From: Sedimenticola sp.
Lineage (GTDB): Bacteria > Pseudomonadota > Gammaproteobacteria > Chromatiales > Chromatiaceae
Assembly: GCA_011051655.1 (NCBI GenBank)
Contig: DRKS01000053.1
Span: 11,790-75,789, forward strand
Length of the DNA: 64,000 bases
Reading direction: 5' to 3'
The notes beneath the pieces are model-generated. The model was not told where the DNA came from and did no database searches. It saw nothing but the letters and a program-made list of their open reading frames with translations. Of the stretch, positions 1-10,559 are shown in pieces; within the stretch, counting starts at the first letter, position 1; every line of letters begins with the position of its first letter. The position numbers and the translations under genes were made by a program.

Positions 1-575
1 CGGCGCACGACGGGAATGCCGCCGCCACCGGCGCAGATCACGACGACGCCCTGATTGATCAGCAGTTCGATCACGCCCAGTTCAAGGATGCGTCCGGGGC
101 GTGGCGAAGGGACCACCCGGCGGTAGGAGGCGCCATCGGGCGCAATACGCCAGCCCAGCCGCCGGGCGAGCCGCCGTGCCTCGGCCTCACTGTAGACCGG
201 CCCGATGGGTTTGCTGGGGGCGTCGAAGGCGGGATCGTCCGGGTCCACCTCGATCTGGGTCAGCAGGGTGGCACAGGGTTGACCGGCGGGCAGCAGATTG
301 CCCAGTTCCTGTTCGATCAGATAACCGATCATGCCCTCGGTTTCGGCATCCAGAATGTCCAGCGGCCGGGCCTCCTCCGGCCCACAGCCGGCGCCCTGAA
401 GCGCCAGCAGGCCCACTTGGGGGCCATTGCCGTGGGTGATCACCAAATCGTGCCCGCGGGCAATGGGTGCCAGGGCCTTGGCCGCTGTCTTCAGGTTGCG
501 GCGCTGGTTTTCGGCGGTCAGGGGTTCGCCACGGCGAAGCAGGGCATTGCCACCCAGGGCGATCAGGATGCGCAT
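1..575 (-). CDS. arcC: Carbamate kinase, N-terminal part (gene runs off the left edge of the window)
   Basis: Minus-strand ATG at 575..573 sits 3 nt after the OTCase stop. Hand translation gives [60 protein letters not shown], the classic carbamate kinase N-terminus. It is missing from the ORF track because there is no stop inside the window. Confidence 0.85.
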   Translation of the reverse strand, partial: MRILIALGGNALLRRGEPLTAENQRRNLKTAAKALAPIARGHDLVITHGNGPQVGLLALQGAGCGPEEARPLDILDAETEGMIGYLIEQELGNLLPAGQPCATLLTQIEVDPDDPAFDAPSKPIGPVYSEAEARRLARRLGWRIAPDGASYRRVVPSPRPGRILELGVIELLINQGVVVICAGGGGIPVVR

Positions 576-578
576 GGT

Positions 579-1577
579 TCAGTCCCCCAGGGTGGCCACC
601 ATTACGGCCTTGATGGTGTGCATGCGGTTCTCCGCCTGGTCGAAAACGATGGAGGCCCCGGACTCGAATACCTCCTCGGTCACCTCCATGGCCTCCAGGC
701 CGTACCTTTGGAATATCTCCTCGCCGATCCGGGTGTCGCGGTTGTGGAAGGCGGGCAGGCAGTGCATGAATTTCACCTCCGGATTGGCGGCCATATCCAA
801 AACCCGCCGGTTCACCTGGTAGGGGCTGAGCAGCCTGATGCGCTCCCCCCATACCGATTCCGGCTCGCCCATGGAGACCCACACGTCGGTATAGAGGAAA
901 TCGGCGCCTTTGACCGCCGCGGCGATATCCTCCGTCAGGAGGAGCCGGGCGCCGCTCTCGCCGGCGATCTCCCGGCAGCGGGCCACCAGCCGGGGGGCGG
1001 GCTGTAACGAGGCCGGTGCTGCCATGCGAAAGTCCAGGCCCATCTTGGCGGCGCCCACCAGGAGTGAATCACCCATATTGCCGCGGCCGTCTCCCAGGTA
1101 GCAGAGGCTGATGTCGCGCAGGCGCTTGTCCGAGTGTTCCGTCATGGTGAGCAGATCCGCCAGGACCTGGGTAGGATGATATTCGTTGGTCAGGCCGTTC
1201 CATACCGGCACCCCGTGGCGCCCCAGCTCCTCCGCCGTCTCCTGATCGAAGCCGCGGTACTCGATGCCGTCGTACATCCTGGCCAGCACCCGGGCGGTAT
1301 CCTTCATGGACTCCTTGACGCCGATCTGGGTGCCGGTTGGCCCCAGGTAGGTGACGTTGGCCCCCTGGTCGAAGGCGGCGACCTCGAAGGCGCAGCGGGT
1401 GCGGGTGGAGTCCTTCTCGAAGATCAGCGCGATATTCCTGCCCTTCAGGCGTTGTCGTTCGGTGCCGGCGTATTTGGCCGCCTTCAGCTCCCTGGCCAGC
1501 TCCAGCAGGAAATGGATTTCCCCTGCCGTGAAATCCATCAGCTTTAGAAAATTGCGGTTTCTGAGATCAAATTCCAC
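579..1577 (-). CDS. argF: Ornithine carbamoyltransferase
   Basis: 332 aa with the STRTR carbamoyl-phosphate motif ([15 protein letters not shown]), HPTQ and HCLPAFH motifs. Adjacency to carbamate kinase suggests a catabolic arcB-like role. Confidence 0.95.
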   Translation of the reverse strand: MEFDLRNRNFLKLMDFTAGEIHFLLELARELKAAKYAGTERQRLKGRNIALIFEKDSTRTRCAFEVAAFDQGANVTYLGPTGTQIGVKESMKDTARVLARMYDGIEYRGFDQETAEELGRHGVPVWNGLTNEYHPTQVLADLLTMTEHSDKRLRDISLCYLGDGRGNMGDSLLVGAAKMGLDFRMAAPASLQPAPRLVARCREIAGESGARLLLTEDIAAAVKGADFLYTDVWVSMGEPESVWGERIRLLSPYQVNRRVLDMAANPEVKFMHCLPAFHNRDTRIGEEIFQRYGLEAMEVTEEVFESGASIVFDQAENRMHTIKAVMVATLGD

Positions 1578-1672
1578 AGTCAGCCTCCATCCCTCTTGAA
1601 ATCAATGGCAAGAATTGCCTTTTCAAGCCATGCAGCTAGTGTCAGACCATAGCACCCTGTTAACCTTTAGAC

Positions 1673-3016
1673 ATGATGAGGATCAAAAAAGGACTGGACC
1701 TTCCCATCACGGGTGCGCCGGCGCAGGAGCCGGAGCGCAAGCCGGTGACGGCGGTGGCGGTGGTGGCCGCCGATTATATGGGCCTGAAGCCCGTGATGCT
1801 GGTGAAGGCCGGCGAGCGGGTAAGGCGGGGGCAGGCGCTTTTTTCCGACAGGAGCAGGCCGGGGGTGCGGTTTACGGCGCCGGCCGGCGGCCTGGTGACG
1901 GCCGTCCATCGTGGCGAAAGGCGGGCGCTGCTGTCGGTGGTGATCCGGCTGGAGGACGCCGAGGAGGAGGTCCCCTTCGCCGCCTATGCCCAGGAGGAAC
2001 TGGGCGGTCTGAGCGCCGATCGGGTGCGGGAGAATCTGCTCGAATCGGGCCTGTGGACCTGCCTGCGGACCCGCCCGTTCAGCAGGATCCCGGCGGCGGA
2101 CAGCGCGCCGCATGCCATCTTCGTCACGGCCATGGACACCAATCCGCTGGCGGCGGATCCCCAGGTGGTCCTGAGGGGGCGGGAGCAGGATTTCATCAAT
2201 GGCCTGGAGATCCTGACAAGGCTCGGGCCGGGCCGGGTCCATCTGTGCAAGGCGCCGGGCGCCGCCATTCCGGAAAGCCCTAATCCCCGGGTGCTCACGC
2301 ATGAATTCGCCGGCCCCCATCCGGCCGGGCTGGCGGGGACCCACATCCATTTCCTGGAGCCGGTGGGGGAGAAGAAGACCGTCTGGCACCTGAATTATCA
2401 GGATGTGGCGGCCATCGGCCGGCTCTTTGTGCAAGGGCGTCTCCCTGTCGAGCGGGTGGTCTCCCTGGCCGGCCCCCGGGTTGAGCATCCGCGCCTGGTG
2501 CAGACCCGCCTGGGCGCCGATCTGGATGAGCTGACGGCCGGCGAGCTGAAGGCCGGAGAGAACCGGGTTGTCTCCGGGCCGGTGCTGTGCGGCAGGCGGG
2601 CGCAGGGCCCCCTGGCTTACCTGGGACCCTATCATTTGCAGGTCACGGTGTTGGCCGAGGACCGCCGGCGGGAGCTGCTTGGCTGGCTGCGGCCGGGAAA
2701 GGCGAAGTTCTCGGCGCTCAACCTGTTCAGCTCCAGTTTCTTTCCGGCCAGGAGATTCGCTTTTTCCACCGGCATGGGGGGCGAGACCCGGCCCATGGTG
2801 CCGGTAGGCGGCTATGAGGCGGTAATGCCGCTGGATATCCTGCCCACCCCGCTGCTGCGCGCCCTGATCGTCGGGGATACGGACATGGCCCGACAATTGG
2901 GTTGCCTGGAGCTCGATGAAGAAGACCTGGCGCTGTGCACCTTCGTCTGTCCGGGGAAATATGATTATGGCCCGCTGCTGCGCGCGGCCCTGAACCGGAT
3001 CGAAAGGGAAGGGTGA
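1673..3016 (+). CDS. nqrA: Na+-translocating NADH:quinone oxidoreductase subunit A
   Basis: 447 aa starting [15 protein letters not shown], and it heads a six-gene nqr-order operon. Confidence 0.93.
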   Translation: MMRIKKGLDLPITGAPAQEPERKPVTAVAVVAADYMGLKPVMLVKAGERVRRGQALFSDRSRPGVRFTAPAGGLVTAVHRGERRALLSVVIRLEDAEEEVPFAAYAQEELGGLSADRVRENLLESGLWTCLRTRPFSRIPAADSAPHAIFVTAMDTNPLAADPQVVLRGREQDFINGLEILTRLGPGRVHLCKAPGAAIPESPNPRVLTHEFAGPHPAGLAGTHIHFLEPVGEKKTVWHLNYQDVAAIGRLFVQGRLPVERVVSLAGPRVEHPRLVQTRLGADLDELTAGELKAGENRVVSGPVLCGRRAQGPLAYLGPYHLQVTVLAEDRRRELLGWLRPGKAKFSALNLFSSSFFPARRFAFSTGMGGETRPMVPVGGYEAVMPLDILPTPLLRALIVGDTDMARQLGCLELDEEDLALCTFVCPGKYDYGPLLRAALNRIEREG

Positions 3017-3048
3017 CGCCTTTGCCGGAATAAGATGGGGAATCCAGG

Positions 3049-4305
3049 TTGAAACGCTTTTTCGAACAGCATCGGTCGAAGTTCTCCGCCGGGGGCAGGT
3101 TCCGGTACCTGGGGGCGCTCTATGAGGCGGTGGAGGGCTTTTTCTATACCCCGGGCAAGGTGACCTCGGGGCTGACCCATGTCCGCGACGCCATCAGCCT
3201 GAAACGGGTCATGATCATCGTCTGCTTCGCCGCCCTGCCGGCCGCCCTGGCCGGCATCTACAACCTGGGCTGGCAGGCCAATCAGGCCCTGGCCTCCGGC
3301 GGGGGCGGGGAGATCGGGGCCTGGCGCGGCCTGTTGCTGGGGCTGCTGGCCGGCGGTCACGATCCCGCCTCCTGGTGGGACAACCTGGCCCTGGGCCTGG
3401 TCTATTTCCTGCCGCTCTATTGCGTGATCCTGGTGGTGGGCGGCTTCTGGGAGGTGCTGTTCGCCCAGGCGCGCGGCCGGGAGATAAATGAAGGCTTTCT
3501 GGTGACCTCTCTGCTGTTCGCCCTGATCCTGCCCCCCGCCATTCCCCTGTGGCAGGCCGCCCTGGGCATCTCCTTCGGGGTGGTCATGGCCAAGGAGCTG
3601 TTCGGGGGCACCGGCCGCAACTTCATCAATCCGGCCCTGGCCGGGCGCGCCTTTCTCTACTTCGCCTATCCCGCCCAGAATTCCGGGGACGCGGTCTGGA
3701 TCGCGGTGGACGCCCTCAGCGGGGCCAGTCCCCCGGTGGCGGACAGCTTCAGCGGCGCCACCCCCCTCGCCGTGGCGATGAGAGCGGGGCCGGAGGGCGC
3801 CGTGGCGGCCATCGGGTCCTCGGGGGTCGACTGGTGGGACGCCTTCATCGGCAATCTGCCCGGTTGCACGGGGGAGACCTCCACCCTGGCGATTCTGCTC
3901 GGTGCGGCGGTCCTGCTGTACACCCGGGTCGCCTCCTGGCGCATCATGCTCAGCGGGCTGGCGGGCATGGCCCTGTTCGCCACCCTGTGCAATCTGCTGG
4001 GAAGCGACACCAACCCGCTGCTGGCCATCCCGGCCCACTGGCACCTGGTGCTGGGGGGATTCGCCTTCGGCCTGGTGTTCATGGCGACGGATCCGGTTTC
4101 CGCCGCCATGACCGATCGCGGCAAATGGTTCTACGGCGGGCTCATCGGGGTGATGGTGGTGCTCATCCGGGTGTTCAATCCGGCCTATCCCGAGGGCACC
4201 ATGCTGGCCATCCTGTTCGCCAATCTGATGGCGCCTCTCATCGATCACTTCGTGATGCGGGCGGATATCAACAGGAGGAAGCGCAGAAGTGCCCCTCAGG
4301 CATAG
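3049..4305 (+). CDS. nqrB: Na+-NQR subunit B
   Basis: 418 aa polytopic membrane protein. Contains the FFYTPG, GFWEVLFA and GGTGRNFINPALAGRAFL motifs typical of NqrB/RnfD. Apparent TTG start. Confidence 0.93.
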   Translation: MKRFFEQHRSKFSAGGRFRYLGALYEAVEGFFYTPGKVTSGLTHVRDAISLKRVMIIVCFAALPAALAGIYNLGWQANQALASGGGGEIGAWRGLLLGLLAGGHDPASWWDNLALGLVYFLPLYCVILVVGGFWEVLFAQARGREINEGFLVTSLLFALILPPAIPLWQAALGISFGVVMAKELFGGTGRNFINPALAGRAFLYFAYPAQNSGDAVWIAVDALSGASPPVADSFSGATPLAVAMRAGPEGAVAAIGSSGVDWWDAFIGNLPGCTGETSTLAILLGAAVLLYTRVASWRIMLSGLAGMALFATLCNLLGSDTNPLLAIPAHWHLVLGGFAFGLVFMATDPVSAAMTDRGKWFYGGLIGVMVVLIRVFNPAYPEGTMLAILFANLMAPLIDHFVMRADINRRKRRSAPQA

Positions 4306-5083
4306 CAACAGGCGGGTCCTGGGGGTCGCCCTGTCGGTCTGCGTGGCCTGTTCCGCCCTGGTCACCACCGCCACCGTGCTGCTGCGGCCGGTGCAGCAGG
4401 CCAACCGGCTGCTGGAGAAGCAGCGCCATGTGCTGGCCGTCGCCGGACTGCTGGAGCCGGGCAAGAGCGTGGAGGAGCTGTCCCGGCGGCTGGATGTCCG
4501 CCTGGTGGACCTCGCTTCGGGCGGCTTCGTGGAGCTGGAGCGCCCGGAGCGTTTCGACGAGCGCCGGGCGGCCAGGAATCCGGCGCTGAGCATCGCCCTG
4601 CCCCCGGAGCGGGATATCGCCGGGATCAAGCGCCGGGCCAAATACGCCCGGGTGTACCTGGTGCGGAACGGGGCGGGGGATATCGAGACCATCGTGTTGC
4701 CGGTGCACGGCTCCGGCCTCTGGTCCCAGCTCTATGGCTTCCTGGCCTTGGAGGCCGACGCCAATACGGTGGTGGGGCTCAGCTTCTACGAGTATGCCGA
4801 AACCCCCGGTCTCGGCGGCGAACTGGACAATCCGGAATGGAAGGCGTTATGGCCGGGCAAACAGGTCTATGATGAGGAGGGAAGGCCGGCGATACGGCTG
4901 GTCAGGGGGCCGGTAAAGGCCTGGGACCCGCAGGCCCGGCATCAGGTGGATGCCCTGTCCGGCGCCACCCTGACCACCAGGGGGATCGAGAACCTGTTGC
5001 GCTTCTGGCTCGGGCCGGATGGGTTCGGCCCCTTCCTGGCGAGAATCCGTGATGGCGAGGAGGATGGCCCGCATGATTCCTGA
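4289..5083 (+). CDS. nqrC: Na+-NQR subunit C
   Basis: 264 aa with one N-terminal TM. Has the FMN-attachment-type motif SGATLTTRG near the C-terminus. Overlaps the nqrB end; GTG start. Confidence 0.9.
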   Translation: MPLRHSNRRVLGVALSVCVACSALVTTATVLLRPVQQANRLLEKQRHVLAVAGLLEPGKSVEELSRRLDVRLVDLASGGFVELERPERFDERRAARNPALSIALPPERDIAGIKRRAKYARVYLVRNGAGDIETIVLPVHGSGLWSQLYGFLALEADANTVVGLSFYEYAETPGLGGELDNPEWKALWPGKQVYDEEGRPAIRLVRGPVKAWDPQARHQVDALSGATLTTRGIENLLRFWLGPDGFGPFLARIRDGEEDGPHDS

Positions 5084-5714
5084 TACGAAACCGGGATGGA
5101 CCGGGGGGCAGGCGCGTGATCTGCTGCTGGGCCCCATTTTCGACCGCAACCCCGTTACCTGCCATGTGCTGGGTGTTTGCTCGGCCCTGGCGGTCACCAC
5201 TTCGCTGCAGACCGCCTTGATTATGTGCGCGGCCGTCATTGTGGTGCTGTGCGGCTCCAACACGGCCATCAGCGCCATCCGGCATCAGATCCCTCCCAGC
5301 ATCCGCATCATCGTACAGATGACGGTGATCGCCTCCCTGGTGATCGTGGTGGACCAGTTCATCAAGGCCTACGCCTTCGATCTGAGCAAGTCGCTGTCGG
5401 TGTTCGTCGGGCTGATCATCACCAACTGCATCATCATGGGGCGGGCGGAGGCCTTCGCCATGAAGAACCCGCCGGGGCTGAGTCTCCTCGACGGTCTGGG
5501 CAACGGCCTGGGTTACAGCCTGATCCTGCTGACGGTGGCGGCCGTCCGGGAGCTGTTCGGGGCCGGCAAGCTCTTTGGCTACACCCTGCTCCCTTCGGCC
5601 TACGAGGGGGGCTGGTATATGCCCAACGGCATGATGCTGCTGCCTCCCAGCGCCTTTTTCATCATCGGGCTTTTGATCTGGGCCATGCGCAGCCTGCGGC
5701 CGGACAAGGAGTAG
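5073..5714 (+). CDS. nqrD: Na+-NQR subunit D
   Basis: Contains [25 protein letters not shown], typical of NqrD/RnfE. I chose the internal ATG at 5073 (about 213 aa) rather than the longest ORF start at 5019. Confidence 0.9.
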   Translation: MIPDTKPGWTGGQARDLLLGPIFDRNPVTCHVLGVCSALAVTTSLQTALIMCAAVIVVLCGSNTAISAIRHQIPPSIRIIVQMTVIASLVIVVDQFIKAYAFDLSKSLSVFVGLIITNCIIMGRAEAFAMKNPPGLSLLDGLGNGLGYSLILLTVAAVRELFGAGKLFGYTLLPSAYEGGWYMPNGMMLLPPSAFFIIGLLIWAMRSLRPDKE

Positions 5715-5718
5715 AGCG

Positions 5719-6330
5719 ATGCTGGAATCCTATCTCAATCTTTTCATCAAGGCGGTCTTCGTCGAGAACATGGCGCTGGCCTTTTTCCTCGGCATGTGCA
5801 CCTTCCTGGCGGTATCCAAGCGGGTGGAGACCGCCCTGGGCCTGGGCATAGCGGTGGTTACGGTGCAGACCATCACGGTGCCCATCAACAACCTCGTTTT
5901 TCAATACCTGCTCAGGGACGGCGCCTGGGGCTGGGCCGGCCTGCCCTTGCTGGACCTGAGCTTTCTCGGCATGGTGAGCTACATCGGCGTCATTGCCGCC
6001 GTGGTGCAGATCCTGGAGATGGTGCTGGACCGGTACTTTCCCGCGCTGCAACATGCGCTGGGGATCTTCCTGCCGCTGATCACCGTCAACTGCGCCATCC
6101 TCGGCGCCTCCCTCTTCATGGTGGAGCGGGACTACGGTTTCGGCGAGAGCCTGGTGTATGGCCTGGGCAGCGGGGCGGGGTGGGCGCTGGCCATCGTCAC
6201 CCTGGCGGCCATCCGCGAGCGTATGAAATACGCCGATCCGCCCAAGGGGCTGGAGGGGCTGGGCATCACCTTCATCACCGTGGGGCTGATGTCCCTGGGC
6301 TTCATGTCCTTCTCCGGCATCAAGTTGTAA
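5719..6330 (+). CDS. nqrE: Na+-NQR subunit E
   Basis: 203 aa with [20 protein letters not shown] and [10 protein letters not shown], the NqrE/RnfA signatures. Confidence 0.93.
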   Translation: MLESYLNLFIKAVFVENMALAFFLGMCTFLAVSKRVETALGLGIAVVTVQTITVPINNLVFQYLLRDGAWGWAGLPLLDLSFLGMVSYIGVIAAVVQILEMVLDRYFPALQHALGIFLPLITVNCAILGASLFMVERDYGFGESLVYGLGSGAGWALAIVTLAAIRERMKYADPPKGLEGLGITFITVGLMSLGFMSFSGIKL

Positions 6331-6332
6331 CC

Positions 6333-7559
6333 ATGTTGGAAATCGCCCTCGGGACCGGCCTGTTCAGCCTCATCATCCTCTCCCTGGTGGGGGTGATCCT
6401 GTTCGCCAGGGCCCGGCTGGTGGCGGCCGGGCCCGTGGTCATAGAGATCAATGAGGACCCGGGCAGGCGTATCGAGGCGACCGCCGGGGAGACCCTGCTG
6501 AGCACCCTGGCGGAGCAGGGCGTCTTTCTCCCTTCCGCCTGTGGGGGCGCCGGTATCTGCGGCCTGTGCCGGGTCAGGGTGACGGCGGGCGGCGGCCAGA
6601 TCCTGCCCACGGAAGAAGACCTGTTGACCAAGAGGCAAATAGCGCAGGGCTATCGCCTGGCCTGCCAGCTGCTGGTGAAGCAGGACCTGAAGCTGGAGCT
6701 GCCGCCGGAGATCTTCGAGACCGGGAAATGGGACTGTGAGGTGGTATCCAATGAGAGTGTCGCCACCTTCATCAAGGAGCTGGTGCTGCGGCCGCCGGAA
6801 GGCGAGACCGTGGATTTCAGGCCCGGCAGTTATGTCCAGATCGAAGCACCGCCTCATCATCTGAAATATTCCGATATTGAAATTGCCGAACAATACCGTC
6901 CGGTATGGGACAGTCTCGACCTTTGGCGCCTGGAGTCCGGGGCCGACGAGCCATTGCACCGGGCCTACAGCCTGGCCAGTTATCCCGGCGAGGAAGGGGG
7001 GCTGAAGTTCAATGTCCGCATCGCCCTGCCTCCGCCGGGATCACGGGATATCCCGCCGGGCAGGATGTCGTCCTATCTGTTTGGCCTGCGGCCGGGGGAC
7101 AAGGTGGCGGTCTCCGGCCCGTACGGCAGCTTTTTTCCACGCCAGGGTGATGCGGAGATGGTCTATGTGGGGGGAGGGGCCGGCATGGCGCCGATGCGCT
7201 CCCATATCTTTTACTTGCTGAAGCAGGCGGGTAGCACCCGCAGGATCAGCTACTGGTACGGTGCGCGCAGCCTGTGCGAGGTTTTTTACCGGGAGGATTT
7301 CGACCGGCTGCAAAAGCAGCATGATAATTTTCAGTGGCACCTGGCGCTGTCCGAACCCCAGCCCGAGGACAACTGGCATGGCTATACCGGCTTTATTCAT
7401 CAGGTACTGTATGAGCATTACCTGAAAGACCATCCCGCCCCCGAGACCTGCGAATACTATATTTGCGGACCGCCGATAATGCTAAAATGCGTGACGAAAA
7501 TGCTTCAGGAGCTTGGCGTGGATGATGAAAATATATTCTTTGACGATTTCGGCGGTTGA
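6333..7559 (+). CDS. nqrF: Na+-NQR subunit F (2Fe-2S ferredoxin plus FAD/NADH domains)
   Basis: ATG at 6333 gives about 408 aa: N-terminal [12 protein letters not shown] 2Fe-2S motif, RAYSLAS FAD motif and [14 protein letters not shown] motif. The longer track ORF (5796) overlaps nqrE in another frame. Confidence 0.93.
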   Translation: MLEIALGTGLFSLIILSLVGVILFARARLVAAGPVVIEINEDPGRRIEATAGETLLSTLAEQGVFLPSACGGAGICGLCRVRVTAGGGQILPTEEDLLTKRQIAQGYRLACQLLVKQDLKLELPPEIFETGKWDCEVVSNESVATFIKELVLRPPEGETVDFRPGSYVQIEAPPHHLKYSDIEIAEQYRPVWDSLDLWRLESGADEPLHRAYSLASYPGEEGGLKFNVRIALPPPGSRDIPPGRMSSYLFGLRPGDKVAVSGPYGSFFPRQGDAEMVYVGGGAGMAPMRSHIFYLLKQAGSTRRISYWYGARSLCEVFYREDFDRLQKQHDNFQWHLALSEPQPEDNWHGYTGFIHQVLYEHYLKDHPAPETCEYYICGPPIMLKCVTKMLQELGVDDENIFFDDFGG

Positions 7560-7568
7560 CAGACTACG

Positions 7569-8759
7569 ATGAAAAACCCTAAATCTTTACGCCTTGTCGC
7601 CCTGGCTTTTCTGTTCTATCTCCCCCTGTCGCTGGCGCTCCTCCCCGCCGTCTGCGCCGCGGAGAGCAGCAAGTTCCGCGATGAATTCATCACCAACTAC
7701 AAGACCTTCCAGTTCAAGGCCCAGGAGAAGCTGATCAAGAAGAGCGGGGACATCATGGAGGATGAGATCTTCAGCCTGATCATCGATGCCATGGACGATG
7801 ATCTGACCGTCGGCCAAAGGCTGTTCCTGCTGGATGCCGCCAGCGCCATGGCCCATGGCTATGAGCACTACCACGGCGGCGGCAAGAAATTCATCAAAAA
7901 GATCGACAAGCTGATCAAGAAGGAACTGGAGAAGGAGAAGGCGCGCATGGCCGAGCTTCTGAAGTGGGAGGGGGAGGAACGCTTCATCGGCAACTTCGTC
8001 ATGGACGCCCATGCGGAAGAGATGGAGAAGGAGGGGCTGGCGCCGGTCATCTATCCCCATTGGATCCACCGCATCTGGTACGAGTGCTCGGTGTGCCACC
8101 AGGAGGTGTTCGTGATGAAGCGCTGGCGCAACGAGATCTCCCGGGAGAAGATCCTGGCCGGGCAGCAGTGCGGCGCCTGCCACAATGGCGACATCGCCTT
8201 CGGCGCCGATGAAAAGGACAAGTGCGGGCTCTGCCATGTGGCCGGCAAGCCCGAGGGCAAGAGACTGCACGATCTGGATCACATCGACCACAAGAGGATT
8301 GCGGAAGTGGCCACCAGGGTGGGGGCGGAATGGAATGCGGACAAGCTGCCGGACGGGCGTCTTCCCGTCGACCGCTATGGCTTTATCGATTGGCTGGCCT
8401 TGAAGGAGAATGGGATCTTCAAGCCCATCGAATCCCTGCACGGCGATTACAAGCCGGTGATACGGGACAACCAGATTCTCTTCATTTCCAAGGGCAAGCT
8501 GGAGAACGTCCTGTTCAGCCACAACGTCCATTCGAGCTGGATAAGATGCACCTCCTGCCATCCGGCGGTTTTCGGCGAGGGCCTGGACAACAAGGTCAAG
8601 ATGGTCAGGATGTCAAAGGGAGAGAACTGTGGCTATTGCCACGGCAAGGTTTCCTTCACCTTTGCGGACTGCAAGCGCTGTCACAGCCAGGAAAAAGGGA
8701 CGGAGGTCGAAGGTGCGCTGGTGCATGTGGGCCAGCCGAAGAAGCGGAAGAAGAAATAG
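7569..8759 (+). CDS. Periplasmic hexaheme c-type cytochrome (two c7-like triheme modules behind a helical N-domain)
   Basis: Signal peptide, then six CxxCH motifs (CSVCH, CGACH, CGLCH, CTSCH, CGYCH, CKRCH). They form two blocks of the pattern H-x3-H...CxxCH...CxxCHxG...CxxCH. Starts 9 nt after the nqrF stop. Confidence 0.85.
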   Translation: MKNPKSLRLVALAFLFYLPLSLALLPAVCAAESSKFRDEFITNYKTFQFKAQEKLIKKSGDIMEDEIFSLIIDAMDDDLTVGQRLFLLDAASAMAHGYEHYHGGGKKFIKKIDKLIKKELEKEKARMAELLKWEGEERFIGNFVMDAHAEEMEKEGLAPVIYPHWIHRIWYECSVCHQEVFVMKRWRNEISREKILAGQQCGACHNGDIAFGADEKDKCGLCHVAGKPEGKRLHDLDHIDHKRIAEVATRVGAEWNADKLPDGRLPVDRYGFIDWLALKENGIFKPIESLHGDYKPVIRDNQILFISKGKLENVLFSHNVHSSWIRCTSCHPAVFGEGLDNKVKMVRMSKGENCGYCHGKVSFTFADCKRCHSQEKGTEVEGALVHVGQPKKRKKK

Positions 8760-8766
8760 ATAGGGC

Positions 8767-8884
8767 GGTTGACGGTTTACAGTTTACGGTTGACAGTAAA
8801 AAACAAAACCAATAATTGGACGAAAAACCTTTAACCGTCAACCGTCAACCGTCAACTGTCAACTGTAAACCGCAAACCGTGAAT
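8767..8884. repeat. Heptanucleotide tandem arrays arranged as inverted arms around an A-rich spacer
   Basis: Left arm is GGTTGAC GGTTTAC AGTTTAC GGTTGAC (8767..8797). Right arm is CGTCAAC x3, TGTCAAC, TGTAAAC, CGCAAAC (8835..8880). The arms are reverse complements of each other. Confidence 0.9.
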
Positions 8885-10492
8885 CCCCACCCCAGGCAGC
8901 CGGCTCGGAATCAGCACCAATCATTGATTTCGGAAGGCGGTGATGAGACTCCGGGTGACAGATTTCTCAGGCGCTTTTTCTTCAATCCCCTGGGCCGCGC
9001 CTTTCTTTATGTGGAGGCCTGGTTCAACCTGGCCTTCGGCACGGCGCTGAACCCCTTCTACCACCTGGGGTCTTTGGTCTTCTTCTTCCTGTGGATCGTG
9101 CTGGTCAGCGGCATCTATCTCTATATATTTTTCGATACCAGCATCGTCGGCAGCTATCAGTCCATCGAGTCTTTGACCCACGGGCAGTGGTATCTTGGCG
9201 GGGTCATGCGCAGCCTTCACCGTTATGCCTCGGATGCCGCGGTGGTGGTGACGGTCCTGCATATTCTGCGCGAGTTCGCGCTGGGGCGCTATCGGGGGTT
9301 CCGCTGGTTTTCCTGGTTCACCGGTGTGCCGCCCCTGTGGGTGATGGTCCTGCTCGGCGTCACCGGCTACTGGCTGGTGTGGGACCAGGTGGCCCAGTAC
9401 GTGGCCGTCAGCTCCGCCCGGCTGATGGATGCGCTGCCGCTGCTGTCCAATTCCATGACGCGCAATTTCCTGAGCGGCAAGCTGAGCGACCGCTTCTTCA
9501 CCCTCATGACCCTTATCCATCTGGTGGGCGGCCCCATCACCCTGGTGTTCGCCCTGTGGATCCATGTCAAAAGGCTGTCCAACGTGGATCCCATGGGACC
9601 GCGGGGGCTGGCGATCGGCAGCCTCCTGGCGCTGATCGTGCTGTCGCTGGTCAAGCCGGCGCTCAGCCTCGGCCCGGCGGATATGAGCAAGGTGCCCGTG
9701 GTGCTGAACATCGACTGGTTCTATCTCAACGCCTTTCCCCTGCTCAACCATTGGAGCGAGGGGGCGGTCTGGGTCCTGATCCTCGGCCTCAGCCTGCTGC
9801 TGGCGTTGCTGCCCTGGCTGCCGCCCAGGCGCATGCCGGCGGCCGCCCGGGTGCGGCTGGATCACTGCAACGGCTGCGGCCAGTGTTTCCTGGATTGTCC
9901 CTTCGACGCCATATCCATGCGCAAACGCAGCGACGGCGCGCACTGGGCCACTGAGGCTGTGGTCAACCCCGACCTGTGCGCCTCCTGCGGGATCTGTGTG
10001 GGCTCCTGCCCCTCCTCCAATCCCTTCCGCCGGGCCGATGAGCGGCTCACCACCGGCATCGACATGCCGCAGGTTCCGATCCACGAGACCCACGCGGCCG
10101 CCAAGGCGGCCCTCTCCTCCCTAAAGGGCGAAACCAGGCTGCTGATATTCGGCTGCAACCATGGGGTGAACCTGGCGGAGATCCATGATCCCGGCATCGC
10201 CACCATGACATTTTCCTGCATCGGCATGCTGCCGGCGGGTTTCATCGACTATGCCCTGAAAAACGGCGCCGACGGGGTGATGATCTCGGGCTGCCGCTCC
10301 TCGGACTGTTATTACCGCTTCGGCAACCGCTGGATGGAGCAGCGCCTGAGCGGTGGGCGCATGCCCCATCTGAGAAAAAACACGGACCGCAGTCATCTCC
10401 ATATCTGCTGGGCCGCCGGGCCGGACAAGGATCATTTCCTCCGGGAGCTCAAGGCCTTTCGCCGGCGCCTGTCGGATGAGAGGCAGCGCTGA
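8816..10492 (+). CDS. Fusion protein: cytochrome b (b/b6 N-terminal type, diheme) + 2x[4Fe-4S] ferredoxin + MvhD/FlpD-like domain
   Basis: Multi-TM N-terminal part has His pairs HRYASDAAVVVTVLH and HLVGGPITLVFALWIH. Next come CNGCGQCFLDCP and CASCGICVGSCP. The C-terminus is LLIFGCNHG...GADGVMISGCRSSDCYYRFGNRW, an MvhD-like signature. The true start is probably GTG 8879 or TTG 8924, because the first ~35 codons of the longest ORF translate the heptamer array. Confidence 0.8.
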   Translation: MDEKPLTVNRQPSTVNCKPQTVNPHPRQPARNQHQSLISEGGDETPGDRFLRRFFFNPLGRAFLYVEAWFNLAFGTALNPFYHLGSLVFFFLWIVLVSGIYLYIFFDTSIVGSYQSIESLTHGQWYLGGVMRSLHRYASDAAVVVTVLHILREFALGRYRGFRWFSWFTGVPPLWVMVLLGVTGYWLVWDQVAQYVAVSSARLMDALPLLSNSMTRNFLSGKLSDRFFTLMTLIHLVGGPITLVFALWIHVKRLSNVDPMGPRGLAIGSLLALIVLSLVKPALSLGPADMSKVPVVLNIDWFYLNAFPLLNHWSEGAVWVLILGLSLLLALLPWLPPRRMPAAARVRLDHCNGCGQCFLDCPFDAISMRKRSDGAHWATEAVVNPDLCASCGICVGSCPSSNPFRRADERLTTGIDMPQVPIHETHAAAKAALSSLKGETRLLIFGCNHGVNLAEIHDPGIATMTFSCIGMLPAGFIDYALKNGADGVMISGCRSSDCYYRFGNRWMEQRLSGGRMPHLRKNTDRSHLHICWAAGPDKDHFLRELKAFRRRLSDERQR

Positions 10493-10559
10493 GGCTTGGT
10501 GTCTGCTATTTGCTTTGCGCGGATATAGGCGCAGCGCAAAAATGATAAAAAAGCGGCGA

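Noticed and set aside
5796-6332. N-terminal 180-aa extension of the nqrF ORF. Similar extensions exist for the SYLF ORF (32932..33351), metK (15672..15758), pgk (19802..19867), phoR (59299..59418) and the TIR ORF (41395..41499).
   Set aside because: The extensions overlap the preceding recognisable gene in another frame or are Arg/Gly/Pro-rich. The conserved family N-termini begin at the internal start codons I chose.
8767-8884. Whether the period-7 repeat loci (also 11791, 16382, 32503, 61171) are CRISPR arrays.
   Set aside because: The repeat unit is 7 nt with no unique spacers between units. No cas genes are present in the window. These are microsatellite-like tandem arrays, not CRISPR.
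8816-8923. N-terminal ~36 codons of the longest cytochrome b fusion ORF (MDEKPLTVNRQPSTVNCKPQTVN…).
   Set aside because: This segment is simply the translation of the heptamer array (TVN repeats), and the ORF begins with TTG. The real start is more likely GTG 8879 or TTG 8924, just before the conserved region.
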